Source: a virus. From it: a stretch of 64,000 nucleotides of DNA. The stretch is from the IMG/VR virus record IMGVR_UViG_3300046373_000092, positions 1-64,000 of that record; one strand, written 5' to 3'. The translations under genes and the position numbers were made by a program. Below the pieces are notes generated by a model. The model did no database searches. It worked only from the letters and a program-made list of their open reading frames with translations, and was not told where the DNA came from. Positions 18,501 through 28,369 of this stretch are shown here, piece after piece; within the stretch, counting starts at the first letter, position 1; each line of letters opens with the position of its first letter.

Positions 18501-20682
18501 CACTGTCGCGAATGGAACCGTTGTAACGATGACTAAAGCCGGAAGATTAAGCATTTCCTCTAGCTTAGTTCAAGCCGGTACTATAGCTATTTCTAAAAAC
18601 CAAAGCGTTTTAACTGCACTACCTTCTGCATCTGAAGCTATTGCCTCAGATTCGGGGTCAACAGGCTCGAGTAACGTTTCGGCAATAATTGATGTGGTGA
18701 TTGGTGATAAAATAAGAATTGCATCGAACGTGGCAATTAGTGCCGGAAACTTAAATGTTTTCCAACTCTCTCTTTCTGAAAACTCAGTACAAGTTGCTCT
18801 TTCGAACGTGCTTCCACAGTTCACTACTGGAGATTCTTCGGTTTTAGTAAATACTGCAAACGGATCTGGCTCAACTAACACTAGAATTAGAAGATTTTCA
18901 AATATACAAACCAACTCGGGATCGGATGTAATTTATTCAGATTCTGCAACATTGGGCGCAAGTTTTGTTGCCAATTCGGATGGTGAATATTTAATAACGT
19001 ATACTGATGAATTTTCTGCCGCAGATTATTTGGGACTAAGTTTAAATACTTCGGCTCCTTCCACTTCAGTTCAATCCATTCCAACATCAGAAGTTTTGGC
19101 TATGTCAGTAACTCCTGCTGCTAACAATCCACAGACTATTTCTTGGTCTGGACCCCTTTTAAAAGGAGATGTGATAAGACCCCACACTTCAAGCTCGGGG
19201 ACTGGAACGACTGCTGCAAGAACTAAATTTACAATGGTTAAGATTGGTAAGCCAAACATCACTTCAGTAGATGTGACTCCTTTTGTAAATATTAAATCTC
19301 CGGAAGACATTACATTTAGGGCAAGTGGCGCTCCACAAACTTCTTATACGGCAAATACTCCAATTGTATTTACTAGTGTAGTGGAAGATCCGGGAACTCT
19401 TTATAATACAACAACCGGTCAATACACATCTCCTATTACTGGAAATATGACAGTTTCGTATTATTTAAACACTAACGCGGCAATTAATACGATAACTAGT
19501 ATCTACGTAAACGGAGTTTTAAGAGCACCTACTGGATATTCATACAGTGCAACTGGAAACATATTTGGATCTGGAACTGTAAAAGTATTAAAGGGCGATT
19601 TAGTAGACATTAGATCTGCAAACGCTTGGACTGCAACGGGTGGTGGTAACAGTTTAACCATATCTTACCAAAAACCGAATGATGCGGTTGCAACTCCAAT
19701 ACAGCAGATTTCATCGGACACAATTCCATTTGTATTCAAATCAACTGCAATAGTTGACGCCGATCCAGTTGGAACGTTCAACACGTACACGTATGCGATA
19801 AATACGAACACTGCTACGATCTCAGCTTCTGCTCCAACTCAAACAATTGCAAGCATGAACACCAATGGGTTTCAGTTATTTTCAAGAGCATATAACACCG
19901 CTTCTACTACAGCGTCTCCTGCCAGAGTTGAAATTAAGATTGGAAAAGGACTAAAAACTTGCCAAGTAAATGCTTATATATCTGCAGCTAAGACGACTTC
20001 TTTTTCAACGGATTTTGTATCGTTCAACGCCAATGCTGGAGAATATGGAACTTTTATTCAATACAATGAAATCACCGGAGTACTTGTATTAAACGGCGGT
20101 TTAACTTTAACCGCTTCTAATACAACTAAGGCTTTGGGAGTAGATTCAGTCGGAAACGCGGCTCCTACTTCAGGTTACTTTGTGTTCAACGCATCTATGG
20201 CTCCTACAATGGCAGCGTTGCCGACCCTTCAACCAAGAGTTGCTTATTTGAGTGATCAAAAAGCTTCTGGTACGGCAGGAGGTAGTGCAAGTGCGGGATT
20301 CCAAACTAGAACATTAAATACGATTGTAGATTCTACTGGAATTGTTACAAGCTTATCTTCAAATCAATTCACTCTACCGGCTGGAACTTACAGTATTGCT
20401 GCTTTTAGTACGATGTACACCACTACTTCAAACAGAATTAGAATCAGAAACATTACAGATTCTACCAGTCCGATCCTAGGACTTAGTATGAGAAACAATA
20501 CGACTAACGCAGATACAAGTTCGATAAGTACGGCTTCTGGAGAGATTACTATTTCTGCCCCTAAAGTTTTCGAACTACAGCATTACGCCGGTACTGCAAA
20601 GGCTACCGATGGGTTAGGTCAACCCGCTTCGTCAGGAGAGAACGAACTTTATTCTCAAGTAACAATTACTAAAATCAGATAA
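15562..20682 (+). CDS. large multi-domain tail fibre / receptor-binding protein
   Basis: 1706 aa Ser/Thr/Gly-rich; TQTLTNKT repeats, TDNAIARFD motif, duplicated beta domains, C1q-like segment. Confidence 0.8.
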   Translation: MSIKSFRYFLKGIELRGETTDPTDNAEGSIFQNSTDARLRTYIQGAVRNIVTDSQTQTLTNKTIDGDLNTLVDIAESSIKTNLTNANKFILRDVTGAVVSNTKDVPTGAVVGTSDTQTFTNKTFDANATGNSISNLETADLAAGVLNTSTSLSGASNTQVPSALAAKSYTDAAIVAAATGNVIGPASATDNAIARFDTTTGKLIQNSVVTVSDTGVVVGASIDADTNTITNIENADIKAGAAIARNKLASGTNNAVVFNDGSGVMSNAADLTVTTNALTLANTKHLELQAATDSTTTGTAATLTAFNASAIRLTNSSLVSLANIPSGNDGQELVLFNRTGASIAIADDSASLGTAARRIYTGTGTTITFANNSALILQYDNTSVRWQIIGGTGSGTGGAELPPSVLAQQTFETAAIGDFTQTGLNLISAPAGILIKGTKVAQLIHQAASSQSFKQTIAVDRLFRNKLMTMTLDIKSTATAGNLTILFRDETNSADIGVAQAFTIASQAITIATTSGLPTLAALSNSVINTLFVGMSVTGSGIPTSTTISAINTSTGVVTLSANATASATVTARFSALPARNTFSFTMPVGCASFSYTITALQEANLPESYIDDIYIQLSEAAKTSTSISVYKNNDTNFSAYVPTFTGFGSVTTSNINWRRVGGSVELEGTFVIGTATATEQRMSLPNSIVSSTGINVLELAGEMDTNANLGTIYKLLVLKEPSVSYVTFGAQASGTPGLAKTASSGPYPSAGSIMTIKASIPIQGWSATDTETKTIDLTSSVLVTQPDSMVRVQGSNGFGSTNTKIARFSNLLTTVGTSVSYADSATLGASFTALESGVYEIGYSAYRGTAGSGLIGISLNSAQLTTNIQSATASTVLAIGSTEGSAGGFDNINWSGYLTAGDVIRPHTDGSQASESYSSFTMSKAGSMKQLNPSSDQKIDIPTHSLRFEGASTRGSTDTAIVKFDTLSNVKGDGFSVANTVANGTVVTMTKAGRLSISSSLVQAGTIAISKNQSVLTALPSASEAIASDSGSTGSSNVSAIIDVVIGDKIRIASNVAISAGNLNVFQLSLSENSVQVALSNVLPQFTTGDSSVLVNTANGSGSTNTRIRRFSNIQTNSGSDVIYSDSATLGASFVANSDGEYLITYTDEFSAADYLGLSLNTSAPSTSVQSIPTSEVLAMSVTPAANNPQTISWSGPLLKGDVIRPHTSSSGTGTTAARTKFTMVKIGKPNITSVDVTPFVNIKSPEDITFRASGAPQTSYTANTPIVFTSVVEDPGTLYNTTTGQYTSPITGNMTVSYYLNTNAAINTITSIYVNGVLRAPTGYSYSATGNIFGSGTVKVLKGDLVDIRSANAWTATGGGNSLTISYQKPNDAVATPIQQISSDTIPFVFKSTAIVDADPVGTFNTYTYAINTNTATISASAPTQTIASMNTNGFQLFSRAYNTASTTASPARVEIKIGKGLKTCQVNAYISAAKTTSFSTDFVSFNANAGEYGTFIQYNEITGVLVLNGGLTLTASNTTKALGVDSVGNAAPTSGYFVFNASMAPTMAALPTLQPRVAYLSDQKASGTAGGSASAGFQTRTLNTIVDSTGIVTSLSSNQFTLPAGTYSIAAFSTMYTTTSNRIRIRNITDSTSPILGLSMRNNTTNADTSSISTASGEITISAPKVFELQHYAGTAKATDGLGQPASSGENELYSQVTITKIR

Positions 20683-20690
20683 GGATAATT

Positions 20691-21005
20691 ATGAATATTA
20701 CAGATTTAATCAATGAATATTTAAAAGATAAACAAAGAGATTTAGAAAACGACTGTTTCAACATAGTCGATAACAAAATCTTTTCATGGAACTTTACATA
20801 TGTGCCCCAGCCTACGCAGGAAGAGCTAGAAGCACTAGCTTCTTCAGTAGAGGCAGATCATCTTCAAGAGGCAATTAATGCTGAATCGGAGGCTTATTTA
20901 GCTTCTACAGATTGGTTAATCGTTAGAGAAATGGAGACAGGAATCCAGTGTCCGATTGAAGTGAAAATTGCAAGATCACAGGCTCGATTACAAATAGTTA
21001 GATAG
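20691..21005 (+). CDS. tail fibre assembly chaperone-like protein
   Basis: YLASTDW...ETG..P..VK.AR..AR pattern, directly after the fibre. Confidence 0.7.
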   Translation: MNITDLINEYLKDKQRDLENDCFNIVDNKIFSWNFTYVPQPTQEELEALASSVEADHLQEAINAESEAYLASTDWLIVREMETGIQCPIEVKIARSQARLQIVR

Positions 21006-21012
21006 GGGGCAT

Positions 21013-21861
21013 ATGGCAGATATTAAGTTTGGTGTAAATAAACAAGCTGTCGGACCGACTATACTCGGACCGTTGGAAGTTTCGGGAGAAACTAAAGTTA
21101 GGTTTATAATCGAGAACGCTACAATCAATAATACGATTGAAATAAGAGGAAGAATTAAAGGGCAAAACTCTTGGGACTTACTCACCACATTTACGGGCAA
21201 CGCTGCTCAGAATGTGAATGTTAACGTTTATGACGAATTAGAAATAGAAATAACTACTTACGAAGCAACTGGAAACTACGTCCGGATACTTGCTTCAGGT
21301 TTTAATCCAGCCGAAGGGTCTGCTATCAATACGATAGGTGTTCCATTCGGCGAAAATGTAGAAGAGAATCCTAGAGTCAATTTCACTTCTAGTGATAACT
21401 CTGTTCACATCTCTGGTACTCAAGGGACCGGCACTATAGATTTTACAGTGTCAGCATCCTCTAATCCAAACTCGTACTCTTCTTTCGTGCCAACTACAGG
21501 AAGCACTCCCACAGCTAACAGCTCCGGAGACAGTCTAACTATGTTGTCGGTAGATAACACAATTATAATTACTGGAAACAATGTCGGAGAGTCTCTAGAT
21601 TTTGGGGTTAGCTCTTTAGTTAAGAATAATTTAGTTAAGCAGGAAGCGAGAACTTTAACACTCTCAGAATACGACGGAAAGCAGTTGACTTTAGCAGCAG
21701 CTCCTTTAGTAGCCAGTAAAACAAGAATGGTTATTATCGGCGGTCCAGAACAAAAGTATTCTATAGATTTTCTAGTGTCGGGAACCACCCTTACATGGTC
21801 TAGCTTAGGAATAGATGGAATTATTGAAATAGGCGACACGTTACTAATAACATATCCATAG
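21013..21861 (+). CDS. virion structural protein
   Basis: beta-rich; C-terminal GGPEQ...DF...GDTL domain shared with next gene. Confidence 0.65.
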   Translation: MADIKFGVNKQAVGPTILGPLEVSGETKVRFIIENATINNTIEIRGRIKGQNSWDLLTTFTGNAAQNVNVNVYDELEIEITTYEATGNYVRILASGFNPAEGSAINTIGVPFGENVEENPRVNFTSSDNSVHISGTQGTGTIDFTVSASSNPNSYSSFVPTTGSTPTANSSGDSLTMLSVDNTIIITGNNVGESLDFGVSSLVKNNLVKQEARTLTLSEYDGKQLTLAAAPLVASKTRMVIIGGPEQKYSIDFLVSGTTLTWSSLGIDGIIEIGDTLLITYP

Positions 21862-21867
21862 GAATAT

Positions 21868-22905
21868 ATGACACAAATTAAAAAGAAGTTTATTGAGTCA
21901 AATGCAGTAGACGGAACTAAAATTAGGCTTAATAACGATCAGTTTTTGCGTGCAAGAAATGCTGCAAATAGTGCTGACGTAAACGTACTTAAAGTAGACG
22001 CTTCAGACACTATTCAGTTTCCTTCGGTTCCAGAAGTTTCCTCTGACCCCAGCTCGGCAAACGGGTTAGTAAGAAAATCATACGTAGACAACCTACTAAA
22101 TGGCTTAAAGTGGAAGAATCCCGTTAGAGCTGCCTCTACTGGCAACCTGACATTATCCGGTGCCCAAACTGTCGATGGAGTGTCTCTAATTGCAGGAGAT
22201 AGACTTTTAGCTAAAGACCAAACAGATCCGAAAGAGAACGGTATTTACGTTGTAGCCGCAGGGGCTTATACGAGAGCTATAGACGCCGATGCAGGCTCTG
22301 AATTAGTCAGTGCTGCAGTATTCGCTTCAGAGGGCACTGTGAATGCGGATAAGGGCTTCACATGCTCTACAGATGCCCCAATCACAATCGGTGTAACTAA
22401 CATATCATTTATTCAATTTACGTCAGCAGGATCTTATACGGCTGGAAACGGGATTAACATTACCAGTTCTACTATCTCAGTAGCTCTAGATACTAACCCA
22501 GGACTTGAGTTTAACTCTGCAGCCCTTAGAGTAAAGATCAATGCCGCAGGAGCCCTAACTAGGGATGCCAACGGCTTGGCAGTTAAGGTAGATTCAGCCA
22601 CTACTAAAATAAATGCCTCTAATCAAATTGAAGGCTTGAAAAGAGCAGAATCAATTATAACGTTAAACAGCACAGATATAACAAATCAATATATAGACTT
22701 GTCTCGAGTTGCGGCTTCTGCGGAAGGAATTGTATTTTATTGTGTGGGAGGACCCATACAAACAAATACTATTGACTACACGGTGTCTCTGACTGGAGGA
22801 GCTGGTAGCAACACAAGGATATCTTTCGCCGGAGATTTAGCTACGGCTGGAGCTGCTGCATTGGTTTCTGGAGACATATTAGTAGTAAAGTTTGAATACC
22901 TATAA
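21868..22905 (+). CDS. fibre-like virion protein
   Basis: KSYVD, WKNPVRAAST, LSGAQTVDGV..GDRLL.KDQ..ENGIY domain typical of phage fibres. Confidence 0.75.
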   Translation: MTQIKKKFIESNAVDGTKIRLNNDQFLRARNAANSADVNVLKVDASDTIQFPSVPEVSSDPSSANGLVRKSYVDNLLNGLKWKNPVRAASTGNLTLSGAQTVDGVSLIAGDRLLAKDQTDPKENGIYVVAAGAYTRAIDADAGSELVSAAVFASEGTVNADKGFTCSTDAPITIGVTNISFIQFTSAGSYTAGNGINITSSTISVALDTNPGLEFNSAALRVKINAAGALTRDANGLAVKVDSATTKINASNQIEGLKRAESIITLNSTDITNQYIDLSRVAASAEGIVFYCVGGPIQTNTIDYTVSLTGGAGSNTRISFAGDLATAGAAALVSGDILVVKFEYL

Positions 22906-22918
22906 TTAGGAATTTTAA

Positions 22919-23431
22919 GTGAGCCGAATAAGCAAAAAATTTATAAAGTTTGGAACGGGTACAGAAGAGGTTAATTCCCAGTCTATACCCGCCAATTATA
23001 CACCAACCAACTATACACCCAGTCAAGTGTCTTCAGAAGGTACAGATAAAATATCTGCCCATTTGAAAGGCATAAATGCGGCGTTAGCGGGCACCGCCAC
23101 TATTTACGTGGATAGTATCGATAATAACCAATCGTCTCCACAGAGCATCACCAACGCTCTTTTTAATCCAGTCTCAATAAGATCTGTTGAGATTACGTTT
23201 AGTATACGCAGAACAACAAATATAAGTGAGAAAGTATCAACAGGAACAATATACCTGTCATATTTGCCTATAGCGGCAACGTGGGACATCAGCTATGACA
23301 GCACGTCTTCAAATGCGGGAATTACTTTCGATATTACAGATGCAGGACAATTAAACTACACGAGTACTAATATTTCCGGAACAGGATATGCTGGAAACAT
23401 TAAATACACATTTATAACATTCCCTTCATAG
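22919..23431 (+). CDS. virion structural protein (paralog of 15074-15544)
   Basis: C-terminal domain aligns by eye with 15074-15544. Confidence 0.65.
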   Translation: MSRISKKFIKFGTGTEEVNSQSIPANYTPTNYTPSQVSSEGTDKISAHLKGINAALAGTATIYVDSIDNNQSSPQSITNALFNPVSIRSVEITFSIRRTTNISEKVSTGTIYLSYLPIAATWDISYDSTSSNAGITFDITDAGQLNYTSTNISGTGYAGNIKYTFITFPS

Positions 23432-23441
23432 GATATGAAGT

Positions 23442-24428
23442 ATGAGCAAACAAAATGGATTGAGTATGCTAGACTCTGGGCAAGTCATCCAAGAAGTCCA
23501 CAACGAGTCAGAAAAAGCTTTAGACGTAATCTCAGCCAATAGCTTGGTCCCTAAGCGTTACGGAAAAGTAGAGTTAGAATATATACAATCTGCAGACGGA
23601 ACTTGTAAAGCAGTTAGCACCGCTAAGTATTATTCAAATGGAGCCTACCAGTCACAGACTGCAATAGTTCACGGAGACGTAATTGGAACTCCTCATAAAA
23701 CCACTGTAAATTTCTTTAATCGAACTCCTTCAAATTTAGCAAACAATTACCTCAATATTTTTGATAGTAACGGCTCTGTGTTGGTGTGGTTCAATTTAGA
23801 TGGAACGGGAACTCCTCCCGACAGCGAAGACAGGTTAATAGAAGTTTCCATAGCTTCGTCAGATACAGAACCCCAGCTTGCCCAAAAATTAAATGCGGCA
23901 ATCAATACAGACATTAGCTTTTTCTCAGTAGTTCAAGATGTAATGGCTATGATCGTTAATTACGAATCCGGTATTAGACAAAATAGCGTAGACATTAATT
24001 CTGGGCTAGTTTTAAAAAATATTCAAGGCGTAGATACGAATCGTTTAGATGGTAAATTTTTTTACTTGAATAATGTGGGAATTTCCACACAATATTACGT
24101 CTGGTATAACGTAGATAATCTAAGCACTGATCCAATGGTTCCTGGAAGAACTGGAATCCAAGTAAACATCCCCTATGGAGCCTCGGAAGAGCTAGTAAGT
24201 CTAAATACTGCATTCGCTATTGCTCAAACCACAGACTTCACAACAGAGAATTTCGACAATAAAATCTGTATTAATAACAAATATATAGGTACGGCAGATA
24301 TTATAAAGGATGTGAATTCTGCATTTTCTTTCAAGATAAATACGAAGGGAATGGACCGAGAATTGATAGCGCAACTTGTAATGACGTATGACGTTAATAA
24401 CGACTTAGTTTCCGTGGAAAGGTTATGA
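23442..24428 (+). CDS. virion structural protein with tandem duplicated domain
   Basis: two copies of a VW[FY]N[LV]D....P......[IV].I unit. Confidence 0.6.
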   Translation: MSKQNGLSMLDSGQVIQEVHNESEKALDVISANSLVPKRYGKVELEYIQSADGTCKAVSTAKYYSNGAYQSQTAIVHGDVIGTPHKTTVNFFNRTPSNLANNYLNIFDSNGSVLVWFNLDGTGTPPDSEDRLIEVSIASSDTEPQLAQKLNAAINTDISFFSVVQDVMAMIVNYESGIRQNSVDINSGLVLKNIQGVDTNRLDGKFFYLNNVGISTQYYVWYNVDNLSTDPMVPGRTGIQVNIPYGASEELVSLNTAFAIAQTTDFTTENFDNKICINNKYIGTADIIKDVNSAFSFKINTKGMDRELIAQLVMTYDVNNDLVSVERL

Positions 24429-24796
24429 AGTTCAATTTTAATCCTTTGAGTGCACAGTTTGAGCTACAAGCCGGCAACTGTAACACTTCATCGGGAGGGG
24501 CAGCGCAGACCTTTGCTAGCGTCCCAGTTATTCAAAACATTCCAATAGCGAATGCAGATGAAGAAGTGGTCATTACGCTACCAGTAGGTACCAGAAAGCT
24601 AATGTTGAAAGTTAGAAACTACTCTTCAACAGTAAAGTTTAGCTACTCTCAAGGAGATAGCGGCACCAACTACATGACAATTACTAGAGGCTGTTCTTAC
24701 AGTGAAGACAATATTCTCACAGTTACTGGAAATACAAAAATATACATTCAATCGACCAAACCAAATGTCGTAATTGAATGCTTAACATGGGCTTAA
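24425..24796 (+). CDS. small beta-sandwich virion protein
   Basis: 123 aa in structural operon. Confidence 0.6.
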   Translation: MKFNFNPLSAQFELQAGNCNTSSGGAAQTFASVPVIQNIPIANADEEVVITLPVGTRKLMLKVRNYSSTVKFSYSQGDSGTNYMTITRGCSYSEDNILTVTGNTKIYIQSTKPNVVIECLTWA

Positions 24797-24806
24797 TGGA
24801 GGTTTT

Positions 24807-25733
24807 ATGAGTGGTTTAAACAAAGACAGGATTATTTTTGATCCAACTGATCCGACAGTTTCGGAAGACATTGGAGCCTACATTCGCGCAAGCGACGGCA
24901 CTCTAATTACACACACCAATGTTGGTGGAAAAGATGGGTTAGATGTTAACATCATAAATCCAATTACTGTAAATTCTGCATCTGATCGTGCAGAGGATTC
25001 AGCACACACTTCAGGAGATGTAGGATCTTATATTCTAGCTGTAAGGCAGGATACGTTGACATCTTCTACATCGGCTGATGGAGATTATGCTTCATTTAAA
25101 GTGGATTCAGTAGGGTCCCTTTATACTCGCGACACTGGAGTAAAGGCAAGTTTAGATTCTGTAATTAAAACAGATAATGGAGCTTTCACAGATGGAGCTT
25201 CGATGGGGCTAGCTATGTTTGGGGTAGACGCTGCAAACACATACCAGCCGTTTAAATTAAACGCAGCAGGTGAGCTATTAGTAGCTGCAGATGTTTCAGT
25301 TACTACAGGTTCGGATAAAGTAGAGGACTCTGCTCACGCAAATGCGGACGTTGGTACTTACATTCTTTCTGTAAGAGAAGACACTCTAACAAGTTCTACT
25401 TCAGCTTCTGGAGATTATCAATCAATAAAAACAGACGCCCTAGGACGTATGTACACTAACGATGCTCACCAATCAATGTTAGTCACTCCTAAGTCTGTAA
25501 CAACTACAGCCTCTGCTTTAGTAGCTTCAAGTTTAGCAAATAGAAAACAAATTCTTGTTCAGAATATTTCAAGTAAGAACGTTTATCTTGGAACTTCAGC
25601 GGCTGTAACAGATGTTAACGGATTTAAGCTTGGAGCTGGTATGTCAATAGAATTAGATTTGGCAGCAGCGGTAGCATTGTTCGCTATTTCCGTAGGTGCT
25701 GCAGCAGACGTAAGAATAATTGAATTAGCATAA
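24807..25733 (+). CDS. virion spike-like protein with internal repeat
   Basis: two EDSAH...DVG.YIL.VR.DTLTSSTSA.GDY repeats; C-terminal domain ending DVRIIELA. Confidence 0.65.
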   Translation: MSGLNKDRIIFDPTDPTVSEDIGAYIRASDGTLITHTNVGGKDGLDVNIINPITVNSASDRAEDSAHTSGDVGSYILAVRQDTLTSSTSADGDYASFKVDSVGSLYTRDTGVKASLDSVIKTDNGAFTDGASMGLAMFGVDAANTYQPFKLNAAGELLVAADVSVTTGSDKVEDSAHANADVGTYILSVREDTLTSSTSASGDYQSIKTDALGRMYTNDAHQSMLVTPKSVTTTASALVASSLANRKQILVQNISSKNVYLGTSAAVTDVNGFKLGAGMSIELDLAAAVALFAISVGAAADVRIIELA

Positions 25734-25740
25734 GGATTAT

Positions 25741-25938
25741 ATGGATAAAAAACAAGAAGCCGCATTAATTGATTCTACTTTAAAACTTCTTCGCAGAGGT
25801 AAATTCGAGTTGTCGGGAGATGAGGCTCTTGTTTTCCATTCCTGCTTTCAATATCTAGTTAAGAAACTAAATGATCTTAATAAACCAGAAGTAGTAATAT
25901 CTCCAGTTGTTGAACCAGTTAAGGGTAAGAAAAAATGA
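25741..25938 (+). CDS. hypothetical protein
   Basis: 65 aa, coupled to neighbours. Confidence 0.6.
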   Translation: MDKKQEAALIDSTLKLLRRGKFELSGDEALVFHSCFQYLVKKLNDLNKPEVVISPVVEPVKGKKK

Positions 25939-26246
25939 GCGGGTTAAACGGTGGAGCAGAATATGCAGATGTCTTTACTGACGGATACGTAGCTGGACCA
26001 ATTTCAGTTTCTACTACTCAAGTAGAGGCTAAAGTTGGAGCTACTCGATTTGCATTAAGAGAAAATCTTCGTATATTTAATAACAGCACTACTACTATTT
26101 ACTTTGGTCCGTCAGGAGTATCCTCTACAACAGGGGAGCCTCTTTTAAAAAATCAATGGGTAAATATTCCCATTGGAGATATTGCAGTATTCCTAATTAC
26201 AGCTTCTGGAACAGCGGCTGATGTTCGCATACAAGAGATGGGATAA
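25935..26246 (+). CDS. small spike/vertex-like protein
   Basis: resembles the C-terminal domain of 24807-25733 (SV.TT...DVRI.E). Confidence 0.6.
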   Translation: MSGLNGGAEYADVFTDGYVAGPISVSTTQVEAKVGATRFALRENLRIFNNSTTTIYFGPSGVSSTTGEPLLKNQWVNIPIGDIAVFLITASGTAADVRIQEMG

Positions 26247-26707
26247 TGAGTAGAGTAGAAAAATCTGCAGTAGCTGGAAGCGTGCCTTTTGACAATTCGA
26301 CTAATGGGTTCACCTCTACTGATGTACAAGGAGCTATAGAAGAAATAGGAGCATCCGCTTCCCCCGGCTTTTCTTTCTCTAGATCGGGAACTTCTAATGC
26401 AGGGACATATCTGCAAGTAGACGCCGTTCCCTCAAATCAAGCAGGAAGAATTGTTCCACTAAATACAGGATTTGTTACTGATGTATTTATATCTTGTCAG
26501 ACAGCTTCTACGTTTACTGTAGAGTTTCAAAAAAGAGTAGGAACTACTTTCACCACATTTCTAACTGTAACAGTAACTTCAGCAAGAAAATTAACTCAAA
26601 GTTTAACAGCTACTCCAGTTGCTCTGAACGATGAAATATGCGCAAGAATAGGCACAGGAAGTGTCTCCAACATTGTAGTTGGATTAATCATTCGCGGAGG
26701 AACGTAA
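26246..26707 (+). CDS. virion structural protein
   Basis: DVQGAIEEI fibre-type motif. Confidence 0.6.
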   Translation: MSRVEKSAVAGSVPFDNSTNGFTSTDVQGAIEEIGASASPGFSFSRSGTSNAGTYLQVDAVPSNQAGRIVPLNTGFVTDVFISCQTASTFTVEFQKRVGTTFTTFLTVTVTSARKLTQSLTATPVALNDEICARIGTGSVSNIVVGLIIRGGT

Positions 26708-27744
26708 TGGCTAAAATAGTAAAAAACACAACAGCATCAGCAATATTAGTTTCAGACACTGGAGTTAGTATTCCGGCAACCTCGTCTTACACGATACCGG
26801 GAGTGGATTACCCACTTTGGTCATACTCCTCTGATATAGTTACTCACATCGGATCAGGAGCCATAGTAATCAATGATGGATCTTTTGATTTATCTAAGGC
26901 AGATGGAATTAGTTTATTACAAGGTAATTTTAAGCAGTCTGATTTTATTCCCTCTTTAAAAACTAACGATAGATTGCGCGTAGATGTTAGCGGACTATCA
27001 ACTGATAATTTAGTAGAAGGTACAAACCAATTCTTCACAAATGAAAGAGCGCAGGATGCTGTGGGCAATAGTCTCTTAGATACGGCTTCAGTGGATTTTA
27101 CTTACGACGATGCAGGAAATAGTATTTCTGCGGCGGTCTTGCCGGCAGGAGTAAATCACAATGCACTATCAAACTACGTAGCTAATCAGCACATCGACCA
27201 CTCTGCTGTCAACGTCACCGCAGGCACTGGACTTACTGGAGGAGGAACCATAGCCGCCTCTAGAACTTTATCAATCTCCAATACTACGGTTACGGCAGCA
27301 GCTTATGGATCTTCATCTCAAGTACCGACCTACACAGTAAATGCCCAAGGACAATTGACAGCAGCGGCTAACGTCACAGTTGATAAATTATACGATCATT
27401 GGAACGGAACTACTCAATACAACGCCTCTCAGCTTCGTAAATATACAAATGTGGGAACAACCGATGCGAATGGAAGAGTTACTGTAAACTTAACTCAAAA
27501 CGGGCTAGTCGGAGGCACAGCACTCTTCTCTACTGTGTTTAGTGCTCAGGCAATTGGGGTAGATGGATCTGGGGTAGCAATCCAAGCAATCAACATGTTC
27601 GTAGAATCAATATCTGCCACACAAGTAGTTTTTAGAGCCACTAGAGGAACTTCAGTCGGAGTTCTGGTAGGTGGGACGATAATATCAATTCAATTCGCAG
27701 GAGCTGGCTATACAGTTTATGTGATAGTAGAAGGAGCAAAATAA
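26707..27744 (+). CDS. fibre-like virion protein
   Basis: TDNLVEGTNQFFTNERAQDAV, AGTGLTGGG, YGSSSQVP..TVNAQG motifs; start reassigned to 26707. Confidence 0.7.
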   Translation: MAKIVKNTTASAILVSDTGVSIPATSSYTIPGVDYPLWSYSSDIVTHIGSGAIVINDGSFDLSKADGISLLQGNFKQSDFIPSLKTNDRLRVDVSGLSTDNLVEGTNQFFTNERAQDAVGNSLLDTASVDFTYDDAGNSISAAVLPAGVNHNALSNYVANQHIDHSAVNVTAGTGLTGGGTIAASRTLSISNTTVTAAAYGSSSQVPTYTVNAQGQLTAAANVTVDKLYDHWNGTTQYNASQLRKYTNVGTTDANGRVTVNLTQNGLVGGTALFSTVFSAQAIGVDGSGVAIQAINMFVESISATQVVFRATRGTSVGVLVGGTIISIQFAGAGYTVYVIVEGAK

Positions 27745-27899
27745 TGACTAAACAAGAAAAACTAGACCAACTTTCAACACTTTTAGAAATACCCGGCAAC
27801 ACTACAAGAGTTATACGACACTTTTTACTTGCTGCATTGGGAAATATTGAAGATGACACCAAGTTAGATGCAATAATCGCTCTCCTATCTGTTGAATAA
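27744..27899 (+). CDS. small hypothetical protein (51 aa, not in ORF track)
   Basis: MTKQEKLDQL...IALLSVE*; TAATG overlap and SD AGGAG. Confidence 0.55.
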   Translation: MTKQEKLDQLSTLLEIPGNTTRVIRHFLLAALGNIEDDTKLDAIIALLSVE

Positions 27900-27939
27900 T
27901 CAATAACATACATATTATTTTATGAGTAATATCCAGTAA

Positions 27940-27952
27940 TTAACAAATATAT
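27940..27952 (+). promoter_or_regulatory. putative late promoter motif, copy 7
   Basis: TTAACAAATATAT; the 22-mer CAGTAATTAACAAATATATATG is identical to copy 1. Confidence 0.75.
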
Positions 27953-27984
27953 ATGTAACAGCCCCACTAAAGGAGAGGAGCCGA

Positions 27985-28353
27985 ATGGAAAAAGAATTCA
28001 AAGAAATGTTGATGAAGCGCATGCAGGAACAAGGAAAAGTTGATCCTAAAAAGCTTGAAGCAAAAGCTTCTATGATGAAAGAACTTTCTGACATGTTAGG
28101 AACTGACATGAAAGATAGCATCTCAAAAGGCATGAACAAAGTTACTGTAGCCTCGGATAGTCCAGAAGGCTTAGAAACTGGTTTAGATTTGGCTAAAAAA
28201 AAATTAAATGCTGAAGAGAACTCTGAAGACATGCCAGAAATGGAAGAGTCTGACGAAGAAAACTATTCAGATGATATGCCAGAATCAGATGATGCAGAAC
28301 TTGCTGAACTTGAAAAAAAGATTGCAGAATTAAAAGCTAAAAAATTAAAATAA
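27985..28353 (+). CDS. hypothetical acidic protein
   Basis: 122 aa, SD GAGGAG. Confidence 0.7.
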   Translation: MEKEFKEMLMKRMQEQGKVDPKKLEAKASMMKELSDMLGTDMKDSISKGMNKVTVASDSPEGLETGLDLAKKKLNAEENSEDMPEMEESDEENYSDDMPESDDAELAELEKKIAELKAKKLK

Positions 28354-28369
28354 TATAAGGCGGTACTCC

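Noticed and set aside
15723-21839. Many 60-140 aa antisense ORFs over the fibre genes, and similar shadow ORFs elsewhere
   Set aside because: They lie fully opposite long coherent genes, lack SD sequences, and reflect codon bias.
15562-27744. Diversity-generating retroelement acting on fibres or microproteins
   Set aside because: No reverse transcriptase and no near-identical TR/VR pair with adenine-specific mismatches were seen in the window.
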